DNA of 64,000 nucleotides from Podarcis gaigeae (lineage: Eukaryota), in NCBI GenBank assembly GCA_964106915.2, contig OZ066914.1. The stretch is one strand, 5' to 3'. Made by a program: the position numbers and the translations under genes. Positions 38,301 to 47,900 of the stretch are shown piece after piece; position 1 is the stretch's first letter, and each line of letters starts with the position of its first letter. The notes under the pieces were generated by a model that saw only the letters and a list, made by a program, of their open reading frames with translations, was not told the DNA's origin and ran no database searches.

Positions 38301-38623
38301 CTCAAGGATCCCACTCTCACCAGTCGCCTAGTCTTATAAAGCAGCAGACATTCCCCCAGTACGAAACTAACAGTGCTACTGCCAGTCCTTTTTTCAAACC
38401 TCCTCCCCAGCAGCTCAATGGGTCGGCTGCTTTCAACGGTGTGGACGCTGCCAAATGGCCCACAGAGGACAAGCATGTACTGCCGCCTGCAGCTGCCCAG
38501 CAGGTTGATCCATTTGAAGCGCAATGGGCGGCACTGGAAAGCAAATCAAAGCAGCGCACCAACCCGTCTCCGACTAACCCTTTCTCGAGCGAATTGCAGA
38601 AGACCTTTGAGATTGAACTTTAA
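12518..38623 (+). CDS. NUMB: NUMB endocytic adaptor protein, complete spliced CDS: join(12518-12643,16309-16383,21001-21033,25113-25187,28370-28510,29037-29238,32059-32358,33045-33194,34190-34345,37908-38623) = 1974 nt, 657 aa
   Basis: Manual exon assembly with GT-AG boundaries and consistent phases. The protein starts [25 protein letters not shown], contains the PTB domain, RQGSFRGF and RQLSLR phospho-motifs and DPF/NPF motifs, and ends FEIEL*. All are recognisable as vertebrate NUMB. Confidence 0.98.
13804..14155 (-). mobile_element. Sauria SINE, full length
   Basis: tRNA-like head, (ACCTTT)n tail on the - strand; TSD AGGCTAATAATA at 13792-13803 and 14156-14167. Confidence 0.92.
14480..14528. 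repeat. (ATT)n microsatellite
   Basis: Seen directly. Confidence 0.95.
16309..16383 (+). CDS. NUMB: NUMB coding exon 2 (PTB): [25 protein letters not shown]
   Basis: ccttttag|TAT ... GCT|gtatgt; 75 nt, phase 0/0. Confidence 0.97.
16948..17287. mobile_element. Non-autonomous hAT element
   Basis: TAGGGGCAGGGAA...TTCTGCATCCCTG termini; 8-bp TSD TTCTAAAT/TTTTAAAT; internal similarity to 37013-37505. Confidence 0.6.
19355..19384. repeat. (TG)n microsatellite
   Basis: Seen directly. Confidence 0.95.
20294..20326. repeat. (GA)n microsatellite after a poly-G run
   Basis: Seen directly. Confidence 0.95.
21001..21033 (+). CDS. NUMB: NUMB alternative 33-nt PTB-insert exon: [11 protein letters not shown]
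   Basis: gttcctccag|GAAAGG ... GGAAAA|gtaagt; matches the known 11-aa PTB-long insert. Confidence 0.96.
23764..24321 (-). mobile_element. Non-autonomous RTE-clade-derived element
   Basis: Minus strand has an RTE-like 5'UTR (CTAG..GAAGGGAAACACTGATCC) and an RTE-like 3' end (AGACGGATGGATGCCAACAA), with no ORF; homologous to 34961-35327. Confidence 0.6.
25113..25187 (+). CDS. NUMB: NUMB coding exon (PTB): [25 protein letters not shown]
   Basis: Long poly-T tract, tgcaag|AGC ... AAG|gttaga; 75 nt, phase 0/0. Confidence 0.95.
27006..27372 (+). mobile_element. Sauria SINE, full length
   Basis: GGGATGCGGG...B-box GGTTCGAATCC ... ACCTTTACCTTT tail; TSD TAAGCCCTTATATG at 26992-27005 and 27373-27386. 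Confidence 0.93.
27440..27578. mobile_element. Degenerate copy of the palindromic hAT MITE family
   Basis: Same length and core; TSD ATCTAAGT/ATTTAAGT. Confidence 0.6.
27958..28165. mobile_element. Penelope-like element terminal (pseudo-LTR) insert, inverted arrangement
   Basis: Inverted arms 27957-28034 and 28051-28128; 12-bp direct repeat TTGTTTTTTTAA at 27946-27957 and 28166-28177; same family as 4203-4321 and 55269-55330. Confidence 0.8.
28013..28050 (-). ncRNA. Minimal type I hammerhead ribozyme motif (PLE-associated)
   Basis: Minus strand reads GUAU-CUGAAGA-A-GUGUGC-AU-GCACAC-GAA-AGCU-C^AUAC: core boxes, helix II, palindromic AGCU in place of helix III, helix I GUAU/AUAC. Confidence 0.7.
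28370..28510 (+). CDS. NUMB: NUMB coding exon (PTB): [47 protein letters not shown]
   Basis: cctttag|GAC ... ACG|gtaagc; 141 nt. Confidence 0.97.
29037..29238 (+). CDS. NUMB: NUMB coding exon: [67 protein letters not shown]
   Basis: ttttcag|GGA ... AAAG|gtaatg; overlaps ORF 29046-29276. Confidence 0.97.
29524..29662. mobile_element. Older copy of the palindromic hAT MITE family
   Basis: CTACAACTTCCATCATCC...GGAGTTGTAG core; exact TSD GTCTAATA. Confidence 0.75.
29864..30247. mobile_element. Tc1/mariner-superfamily (Tc2/pogo-like) GC-rich MITE
   Basis: TIRs CCGTATTTTTCATCCTATAGGACGCAC / GTGCGTTCTATGGGGTGAAAATTACGG flanked by TA on both sides. Confidence 0.8.
31080..31490 (-). mobile_element. 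Degenerate L2-type LINE fragment
   Basis: gggagttccagaggtgggggcagctacagaaatgccc...cttcaaaggcagcccca pattern, as in reverse-oriented L2 3' regions. Confidence 0.45.
31696..31992. other. Assembly gap (297 N)
   Basis: Run of N. Confidence 0.99.
32059..32358 (+). CDS. NUMB: NUMB coding exon (NumbF region): (V)[10 protein letters not shown]...[49 protein letters not shown]
   Basis: tctcgcag|TT ... TCAG|gtaggg; 300 nt, phase 1/1. Confidence 0.96.
33045..33194 (+). CDS. NUMB: NUMB coding exon: (V)[49 protein letters not shown]
   Basis: ttttcag|TT ... CAAG|gtgtgt; 150 nt. Confidence 0.96.
34092..34153 (+). promoter_or_regulatory. Cluster of three TGCATG RBFOX elements upstream of the NUMB PRR exon
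   Basis: TGCATG at 34092-34097, 34139-34144 and 34148-34153, all within 100 nt of the 3' splice site. Confidence 0.8.
34190..34345 (+). CDS. NUMB: NUMB alternative PRR-insert exon (mammalian 'exon 9/12'): (V)[51 protein letters not shown]
   Basis: cattttag|TT ... TCTG|gtaaga; 156 nt, symmetric phase 1; conserved PVRETNPWA motif. Confidence 0.94.
34600..34765 (-). mobile_element. L2-type LINE fragment
   Basis: Minus-strand [21 protein letters not shown]...[10 protein letters not shown] resembles the L2 ORF2 C-terminus. Confidence 0.6.
34961..35327 (+). mobile_element. Second copy of the RTE-derived element (partial)
   Basis: GTCTAGGAGAAGGAAAACTCTGATCCTAAACC...GGCAACTCCTGCAGC...TTGCTCTGCTTTCCTTTGG; reverse complement of about 23790-24147. 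Confidence 0.6.
36000..36148 (+). mobile_element. CR1-type 3' fragment
   Basis: GGCATCTGGTTGGCC..TGTGAGA...GGCCTTTGGTCTGATCCAGCAGG squamate CR1-like tail. Confidence 0.45.
36295..36438 (+). mobile_element. 5S rRNA-derived SINE (SINE3-like) with an L2-type tail
   Basis: 36311-36363 aligns ungapped to the 5S internal promoter region (40/53 by hand against recalled consensus); tail GGCAGGATATAAAT...AAATAAAT. Confidence 0.6.
37013..37505. mobile_element. Non-autonomous hAT element
   Basis: Exact 8-bp TSD GCCTAGGG at 37005-37012 and 37506-37513; ends CCCCTG. Confidence 0.6.
37908..38623 (+). CDS. NUMB: NUMB terminal coding exon: (G)[35 protein letters not shown]...VDPFEAQW...[16 protein letters not shown]
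   Basis: ttcatag|GT; overlaps ORF 37997-38623; DPF (alpha-adaptin) and NPF (EH-domain) motifs; TAA 38621-38623. Confidence 0.97.
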
Positions 38624-39900
38624 GCAGTCCCGTGGCTTTGTGCTTAAGTCTGTATGTATGTATGTTGGAATTGGATTGGGTGGAAGGGGGGCAGAGGGGA
38701 CGAGTGAGCAGCATATGCGCCATTGCTGGTGTCCCCATGGAATCAGTGGGCATACAGAGAGGGAACAATTGGGGTGGGGTGGGGGGAGACGCTCCAAGCC
38801 CCAACCACACAACTATTGGGAAATCTAGGAAATGTCCCTGGGCCGCTTGCGTTCCTGCTTGGGAGCTTCAATGGCAAAGGAAACCTCAAAAGGGCTGAAG
38901 AAGGGAAATGAGCCCTGAAGCCCTTTCCTCGCACAGAACTTCAGAAGACCTCGTACGATGAGAAGCAAATTAGTCGCCACTATCTTCAGGAGGTGTCTGT
39001 CTACCTTCCTGTGAGCGAGCCATTCCTCTGAGTGGGGGGAAAGAGGGAGGAGTAGCCAGGGGGATACAAGCTCAGCTGGGGAATGGGAAGAAGTGAGAGC
39101 TGCTTGGCATATGCCATCTGTGGAAAAGGATGAGCTTCCATTTTGAGTAACACAATAATTATTATATATAAAATAAAGCCAAAATCTTTATTTTTATGCA
39201 TTTTAGATTATTTTAAATAGTTCTAGGTAATAAAAGTGGAATGAGTTGTAAGTAATCTTGCCAAAGGTATAAAAGGGGGTTGGATGTAAAATTGTACATA
39301 AGATTGATTTATCACTGATTCTTACGGTCAGTAATATGAGAGTAGAATGGGGAGCAGAGTTATTAGCTTGTTCTTGTCCTATCATTGTAAGTAGCATATT
39401 GCAACAACAATCATGAATCATGACCAATTCAAAAAAAATCACAGTAGAGTAGTATTAAGAGCAGTATTGTCTTGGTTTAAAAACAATGGGTAAATTCTAT
39501 CTTTTTAAAAAAAGAATTCAAACTAGATCATATTGGAGTACATATAGGTTTTTTCATATACTGCTGCAGTTTCCTTGTCTTGAATCTGTTTTAACACTAC
39601 TGTGGTAAGTTGACTGTAATCATATCTACAATCAGGTCTACTTAGGAACCCATTTTATGTGCATTGAATAGAATTTAGATTTTATTTTTTATTTTTTAAA
39701 AAAAGCTTTTTCCCACTGTTCTATGTGAAAGCTTGTGGCTAGACTGCAGCTATTCCATGTTCTTCCTTCAGCAAATCATAAAAATCCATCTCATTTTTAA
39801 TTTTACTCGTAAAACTTGGCCTTACAAGCAAACGTAAGTTATATATTTGTACTGATTTATAATCTGCTTTAACAGAAATAAATGTTGGTAGTAGATAATG
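38624..39900 (+). other. NUMB: NUMB 3'UTR (approximate end)
   Basis: AU-rich sequence after the stop codon; AATAAA at 39172, 39229 and 39877. The last is followed by GT/T-rich sequence. Confidence 0.7.
39877..39882 (+). terminator. Probable NUMB polyadenylation signal AATAAA
   Basis: AATAAA followed by tgttgg...tgtggctttttg downstream element. Confidence 0.65.
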
Positions 39901-41275
39901 TGGCTTTTTGAGCAGGTTTCCTTGTCCTTTTCCTGCAGTGTCTGTACTTCCTTGAATTTGAACACATCTGGCGCATTCCTGATGTAGCAGGCTGCCACTG
40001 CCATTCGCATTTCCGTATGAAATTGATTACTTGAAAACTAGAACTTAGACTTTTGAACACTTGGTTTGCTCTTCCTTTATTTGGAGTTCTTGAATGCTGT
40101 GAGCAGAGTCACTAGGTTTCTGTGTGTTGCATTTGAGAAATATGGTTCTTTATGTGCCTGCTTCTGATCCCAAACTGTATGGCAATCTCTTTTTTGTTTA
40201 GTGGTTGTTACCGCACTCTACTCAGAGGTAACCCTGGAGAGCATTCTGTGCTTCCCATGCAGCTTTATCATTCATATTCCTGTCATTCCAGAACTGATCC
40301 ATTTGCAGGGATAGAGCTGTTTGTTGCTGCAGCATGAAAATGATTTGGCATGGTCTGTGATAACTGGCATCATCCATAATTCAGAACTCTGCCTGACTAC
40401 ACAATTGTCACTGGAAAACAGTTGATGATTAGGCTATTTTGACTTTGCAAGATTCAATAGAAAAGTAAGAAAAAGCATGAGTCCCTATACTAAACTATAA
40501 CTGCATCAAATGTAAATACATGCTTGTTTATGAGAATTTGGAACATACCCTATTGCACCTATGTACAAATCCATCCCACCTCTTTCTCTTATTCTAGTCA
40601 TAAGTTCTGAAAGTATAAACACACTCTTAACAAAGCTGCCACCAACTACACAATCTGTTGTTAACCATAGAACTTTTGCACAAAGCCTCAAGTAATTAGG
40701 TAAGGATTTCCATAAGGTGCTTTTGCACAGTAAATAGGCAGTTGCTAACTGTACATGAATTTGGACGCAACTCCTCAGCATTTTAGGAACACATTCCAAA
40801 AAGCGATTCCCTCAGCTATATATGCTACCCAGCTGTTAAAATCAAACATTGGTGTACTCCTTCAGCATTTTTAAAAATCATAGCAAAACTACACATTCTG
40901 CCATTTCAGGAACCTGTGTCATCATTTTATAAAGCATTAATACAGAGCTGACTCCATTTCCCTGCTGTGAGAAGCCAGACCTGGAATGCCCCCCTATGTT
41001 TTTAAAGCTGCAAATACAGGGTGCCTGTGCATCTGTATCAAGATTACCATTCATTGTGGTGCAGATGGAGCATTGCGCTGCTAAATCCCAGATTGTGTCT
41101 TTCCTGAGAATTGTATTTTCATTGTTTCAGATCTATAAAATTCCTGTGAATTGCATAGGATTCTTTTTTCAATTTTTGATTGGATAAATATATAATTCCT
41201 TGCCTGGTTTTTATATGGTAAATCTTTTGAGTGTGCCTTCCCTCTTCCACAGGAAACAAATTCTGAATACAAACC

Positions 41276-41315
41276 ATTTCAAGGAAATCTAAACTATTTC
41301 AAGGAAATCTAAACT
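41276..41315. repeat. 20-bp exact tandem duplication ATTTCAAGGAAATCTAAACT x2
   Basis: Seen directly. Confidence 0.9.
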
Positions 41316-42965
41316 ATCATATCCTTGCTGCATTGAAAATATGCAATCACTGAGTTTGCTTGCACCTTTGTTTTTCAGCTGGGGGAAAAAAAAACTTGTG
41401 ACATAATTGTTCCCATAGCACTCAGCTGTTCAGTGGCAGGCAATATGCATTGATCATATAGTTTCTGTCATCTAAACATTGCCTGTGTTGTAGATGCTGC
41501 TTTTTTAGAGGAGCAATAGATCCATGTTCTCAACAGTCTTAAGTGAAGCTGTTCCCATTGGGTAGTCAGATGATGTTGAGAACAAAGGCTGACTTATGAA
41601 CACTAATCTCTGGGATAAAATGCCAATGCATTTTTCTTTCACTCTTCTACAGTGGCCGATTTTTAACTGTTCATAGCCCTGAAGCTCACAACAGTTTGGC
41701 TCTTTTATATCAGCCTTTAGCTATTTGAAAACTGAAAAATAGTGCGACCTGAAAAAATGCAAGTTGCAGTGTGGAGCACTCCTGCCCGGTACAGGCTTCA
41801 ATTGTAAACCTATTTACCTGGGAGTAAGAACTCAGTGGGATATGCTTCTTAGAGATGTATAGGATTGTGCTGTCAGGTATGTTGCACTCTAGGTTACTCA
41901 AGTCTAGTAATCATTCTCTTGCACATGCCCACACATTCTGCTCTATTAGCATTCCATGATTGCAGAATATTTTCTTTTGCATAGTTCCCCATAACAAGTT
42001 CCACCTGTTTTGCATGGGTGGTAGGTAACAGTTTGGCTACACAAATGCATTTGCAGAATTGTGATTGCTGATATTATGTTAGTGTGTGGTGGTGGTGATC
42101 CCAATTGGTGCATCCTTTCATGGATGCTGCTCATTCCAATATTTCTGAAATTAGATATCTGGGTGTTTTGGAAAGAGAAGCTACCCATATAGTTAATCTA
42201 TCCCCAAGCCTAGTATGGTGTCAGTTGTCACACTAAATGCTTGTTGTATTCAAATGCTGTTGTATTAAGAAAACCTTTTAGTAGATCTGGGAGCTGCTTC
42301 ATTAGTTTTCCTGCGAAACTGTTCCATAGAGTGACATATTGGAGTTATGGTTTGTGGCTAGACTTGGGTTTTCCTATAAACTTGGAAGAGTCTATTGACC
42401 CTTTTATGTGTGGGTAGTTTTGCGCATAATTCTTTCCATCCTAGGGTCTTGAAAGAGCATAGTGCTGGTGCTTGGCTGTGTGGGATCTCCATGCAAGCAG
42501 GCTTTAAGGCAGATGTTATTGCAGTTGGTCATAATACAGGGATCCTGGAACTGTGATTTACCGTGTACATTCATGTGCTTTGCAAATGGGAAAATGCGCG
42601 CCATTTCAAGAGCAAGTGGTGGTGGTGCATTAAAACGTTTCTTCCATGAAAGCATTGGATGACGGAAAGTTGACATTTTATCAGCCAAGATGCTGTTATG
42701 CTTTAGACTATAGAAGATAGAATGTGAAAGTTGTTCATGCTGAGTGTCCCTATAAACTGTGTTACAGTTTGCATGTGGATAACTCCTCGGTGGAAAACTT
42801 TACTGCAGGCTGCCCCCCGGGGTCACCCTGAACAAGGAGGGATATGACAGCTGCATAAACCCAACAAGGCTGCCTTTTTCTCCTTTTAAGTTCAGTACAG
42901 CTTTAGCAGAGCGCAGGAGCAGTCTTAAGGTAGAAGCCATTCATGTAGCCTGCCATAGCCTAGAA

Positions 42966-43311
42966 TAGTGGTTCCCAAATTGTGCTCTGCAGACCACTGG
43001 TGGTCCACAAGCTTCATTTAGGTGGCCTGCAGTGTGTCTGTGGTTTAAGAGGGCACATCTACCACAGTAAATATACTGATTTTTCATTGCGTTCTTTATA
43101 TTTTATTTTATATTGCATTTTATTGTATGACAGAAGTCAATTTGTAATACAATAAAATACAATAAGCAGGGGGGGCGGAATCAATATACAATGAAAAATC
43201 ATACCGCATCTAGCTTGGTGTATTACAATTGCTACAGCAGGCAGAAAAATCATAAAATGAGCCATGAGGAAACTAAGTGGTTCTTGGACGTGGAGAGTTT
43301 GGGAACCATAG
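42966..43311. mobile_element. Non-autonomous hAT (Charlie-like) element
   Basis: TAGTGGTTCCCAAA...TTTGGGAACCATAG TIRs; TSD GCCTAGAA/GCCTTGAA. Confidence 0.7.
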
Positions 43312-44407
43312 GCCTTGAATTTATTCCGGGACTGTTGCACTGTAGGCCACTGTGCTTGTTTGCAAACTACTGAAATGACACAAAATCAGACTAACGAAAA
43401 CGTGTCCCTAAAAGTTAGCAAAGAGGACTACTGGGTGGTAAATCATGGCTTTACCTTATAAGTACATCTGTTGGTAGTGGGTTGAACTGAATGTCAATGT
43501 ACAAAAGTATACATGTGCTTCCTGTTAAAGGCTTTGGAAAGGAAATTTCATTAAAGTTCAACTTGTAGGCATAATTTTTCCTCTGATTAAGAACTATGAT
43601 GCTTCTTCCCATTCCCTCCACATGACATGTAGACTTTTTACTTTTGGGTTCTCACAACAACTAAGTGACTTGCCCAGATTACTGGGATATGGAACGTACA
43701 GGGTTTTTCCCCCCTTCTGCCTGTGGTTTGGGATCCCATCCTTGTTTACATAATTTGTTTATACTGCAGTAGCAATTTCTAGAGATCAATAAAGTTGACT
43801 GCTTTGTGGCCTGGACGTAAAAGCTTCCCTTACCCAACATGACCTTTCTTGGCATCAGTGGTTATCCTTAGATGTTACACATTCACATTGTGATCTGAGA
43901 GTAATTTTTCTGAGAAGAATCAGAGCCCTGGCTAGCTACACATAGGAGATACCCCATATACTCTGGCATTGATATGCATGAAGAATCCCAGAACTTCACA
44001 ACAGACTTTGTTCTGCGGGAGACTTGGAGTACAACCCTGTGCATATTTACTTGGAATTAAGCCCCCCCCCCCCCCCCCGGTGTTCAGAGGGGCTTATTAC
44101 CAGGAAAAGGGCTACAGAATTGCAACCTTATTTTCTCAGGAGTATCGGAAGTGCAAGGCCCAATCCAAATTCCTATAGTTCTTCATTTCAGCAACTCCCT
44201 TGCAGCTCTAATACTAAGCATTGTTTGCATGCTGCCAAGGCCTCTTCATTACAGCTGTCTGTATCTGTAGTGAAGCAAATCCACTTGGTCCAATTGCGAC
44301 TCTTGAAAGTTGGAAAGGGTTGAGTGATTGTAGGACACTTGTGATACCATAAGGGAAAGACTGACGGTCAACCTGCCAACTTTCCACAGACATGTGAGCT
44401 CAGTGGC

Positions 44408-44413
44408 TTTATT
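44408..44413 (-). terminator. Candidate PAPLN polyadenylation signal AATAAA
   Basis: tttatt on the + strand, about 370 nt past the PAPLN stop. Confidence 0.5.
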
Positions 44414-44780
44414 TTTGTGTTTTAGTCTACTTTAAAGGTGAGTGCTGCTTGTTATCATTAATCAGCCTGAAGGAACCTTTCTTCCTTGCTTTTTGACTCT
44501 TGTCCATATTGCTTGTTAAACTATGTTAGAAAAACAATCCCTTGTTATTTCTTTGAATGGGTAGGTCAGCCAGCTGTTAGACAATCAGTGTTTGTGTTGC
44601 AAAACACCACAGAAAGCTTAAGAAAGGTAGAAATTTGGCTACTGCTACCTATTCTCTCCACTTCCCAGTGTGTGCCAGTGTGTGCTTGAGTAAAGAAATA
44701 TGGGATTTCTCAAGCAATCAGGACTGTAGATCATAAACTTCCTTCTTCTGGAGCAGGACCACATTATGGGAAAATGAGGT

Positions 44781-44929
44781 TCAGCCCTGGTGGTGAGAAC
44801 AGCTGGCACAGCAGAAGCTAGAGTAATACTCATTATTGCAGAGTTGAGCCTGTATAATCAGGTCACAGTTGGCAAGGTGTGGTTGGTCAACACATTCCCT
44901 GCTTGGGTCCAAAGGGAGGCGTGCAGGTA
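44781..44929 (-). CDS. PAPLN: PAPLN terminal exon, PLAC domain: (V)PARLPLDPSRECVDQPHLANCDLIIQAQLCNNEYYSSFCCASCSHHQG*
   Basis: ctcctgcag|TA; PLAC CC.SC motif; TGA. Confidence 0.95.
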
Positions 44930-47900
44930 CTGCAGGAGAAGGAAGAGAGAAGAGGACTTGAACACAGTTTGTTTCATGCAATCATCTAATACTACAGAAG
45001 AATTTACTTCCTGCACTAGAGGCTAGAGTACATTCTGTGTTCTGCACCTTGAACAAATGTGATAAGAATCCATAGCTTAGGAGATATTCAAAGGCAGAAA
45101 TGAGCAATAAGCTCTGTTTGATCTGCCATGTTCTTAGCAGTTGCCATTTTTAGTAAGAAACTATCCCCTAGGCCAGAGATTTCCAAACTTTTCATGTTGG
45201 TGACACACTTTTTAGGCATGTATCATTTTGCGACACAGTAATTCAGTTTTACTATCAAACCGGAGGTTAAACTAATCCCTTTCCAGCCCCGGGAAGAGCA
45301 CAGGGAGTGTTTGTGTGACACCTACACACTGCAGCTGACACACTAATGTGTCCTGACACACAGTTTGGAAAGCTGTTCAGTCTGAGAATCACCAAGCAGT
45401 TGTTACCTACTATAAGGGCAGGTTGAAATTAGTTCAGCCCTTAGCTTTTAATAACTGAAACTGAATGAACTTGACCTTGTATTTTTTCCCTCCTCCACTT
45501 CTATACAAGCAACATTTTGTTTCATTTTCAAAATAAGGTTTGGCAATTTTAGTGGTATATGGTGGTAATCAACTAAGTTTTACTCAAGCCCATTGCACTA
45601 TCTAAAATGTAAGTTGAATACCACCCCTGTAGCACAAAAATTGCTGAACCTAAGGAGATGGTTCCATTTGCTACTCCCAACACCCCCTCTGGAGCCAAGT
45701 TTAGGGGTGCACCGGGGGGGGGGGGAGAAGGCCATTGAGCTACTGGAAGCCTTTGTGCAGAGTTTCCACTGAGGGGAAACTGGGCATGATTCAACAAATG
45801 AGTCCCATTTAACACAGTGGTTTGGGGCAGCTCTATAGTTTGCCACGTACAAGCTCATTTGTTAATGTACAAACAACATTTTTCTCCAGCTACTAAACAT
45901 GTTTGTCCCAAACCCCAAGAAATATAGTTTTACTTTAGTTCCTAATTTATAAGGAAGTAGAACAAGGTAGTCATTACCTACTGGTCCTATATCCCCCTCC
46001 AATGGAAATGCAGCATAATTCACTTCCTACTGGTGCAGTTGTGTGCATTGTGAATGCTCATGCTGGCCTAAGGTCAAAAGCTTCAGGGCATTAAAGATAA
46101 CAGTGTTATCTCTTACTTTGGCGTCCTAGCAAGTGGTATGGCACAGGGCTACTTGCTACTGAACATGAAAATTCAGTTTCAGCCATACTGAAGCATAACG
46201 TAAAGCATAAAGATAGTGGTAAAACCAATCAGGGCAGTTGTGTTTAAAGGGGAAAATTAAACAGCACAGGCATCTGAAATGTAAATTAAGAACCCCACAA
46301 GTCTGCTCCAAGGGGAACCCGATCCTCCTGGGAGATGCATTTACCTGAGGCCTAAGAGAGGCTAGCATGTGTTCATAGTGTTCAGAATGGAACACTACAA
46401 TTGTGGAGTCTTAGCTGGAAAGACTGTAGAGCATACATACCTTCTGGCCTCTTCCGGATAAGTTTCAGCTCTGTACTAGCACTGACAGAATTACTGCCAC
46501 TGTAGGCATTGCAGGTGTAGGACCCCTCATCACCCGACTGCACATTATATATGAATAGGCTTCCATCCTGGGACGTCTGGACATGATGGCCATCGGCTCT
46601 CACCGGAACTCCATTCCTGAGCAGAAAGAAATGCCTTCGTTTTGCACTTTGAAAGAGAGAGGCCTTTCACTTACTGCAGACCCCAGGAGAAGGAAACACA
46701 GGCAGACACATAAGTGTTTTAACAAGCCTACATGAACAGAGACCACATTCTCAACAGCTGAGTTGGGATTGAAGAGTAAAGTAAACCTGGATACACCATT
46801 GCTGTGGTAATGCAAGTTTTTGCTTGCCAATTCATGTCTCACTGGAATTGAAGGGGAAAGGAAGGGAAGGTAAATTCTGCAGCTCAGTTTTTCCTTTTTT
46901 TACCTTGACCATCTTATGTTCACATTGTTGCCTGTCACAACACATTGAAGCTGAGCAGTCTCCCCCTCTGACACAGAGAGGCTGGGCAGCAGGCCAGTGA
47001 TTCTCAGCTCCCCTGAGGAGGAAAAGGGTATTGTCAATCCCAGGAAGAGTCCACGCAGGGGGCCAAGCCAATTCCTTCAGGAACGGGGCTGTGAATGCCG
47101 AGCTCTGAATACCCAGCGCTGACTAACTACCCAAAGCTCTGCTGCTTGCATGAACTTGGCCTCTCGAGCTGGACACTAGCCTACTGTAAAGTGTGGGAAA
47201 GGAATCTCAGCGCCATTTTCCACAACAGGATCCTTTGTCCAGAAACCTTATGATGTAACCATCAACCTATAGTTAAAATGCCTCTTTCTTCAAGGCTCTT
47301 CTTTAGCAGCAAAAATATGAACTCTGGTCTTAGCAACAACAAAAAGCAACAACTTTGTTCAGTCACAGGAGTTACTTGTTCCCAGAGTTCCATACAGTTG
47401 AAGATTTAAACTAGTTTGAAAGTTGAAACTGCCAAAACTGCCCTAGTCTCCACCCCACAAAAAAAACCTTATGAATTTTGTGTGGTCTTCTAGCCTCTCA
47501 TCTAATTTGAGAGACCTTAACTCATTAAACCAGGAGGGCTGCTTTTGCGCTGTAGTCAAACTGGCTTATGTAGAGTCAGACCACAGGTCTACCTAGCTCA
47601 CTCTTGTCTACACCAGGAGCTGCTAACCTCCTTTTGACCCATGGGCACATTCAAAATATACTGTGGGCACCATCCCCTCTGGTTGCTTTTCTTCTTCACC
47701 CCACCCCAGCAGTCAGCGTCCCCTCCCTTCACAGATGAACAAAAATAAAAGGCGCTCTCTTGCTCTTGGAGTTACGGGTAAAGTAGAATGGATTGAATGT
47801 GTATGATTGTACAGTGGTACCTTGGTTTACAACCATAATCCGTTCCAGAGGTCCAGTTGTAAACCAAAACAGGTTGTAACCCAAGGCACGCTTTCGCCAA

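Noticed and set aside
37940-38562. Antisense ORFs of 194 and 81 aa over the NUMB last exon
   Set aside because: Expected shadow ORFs of a GC-rich coding exon; no independent signal.
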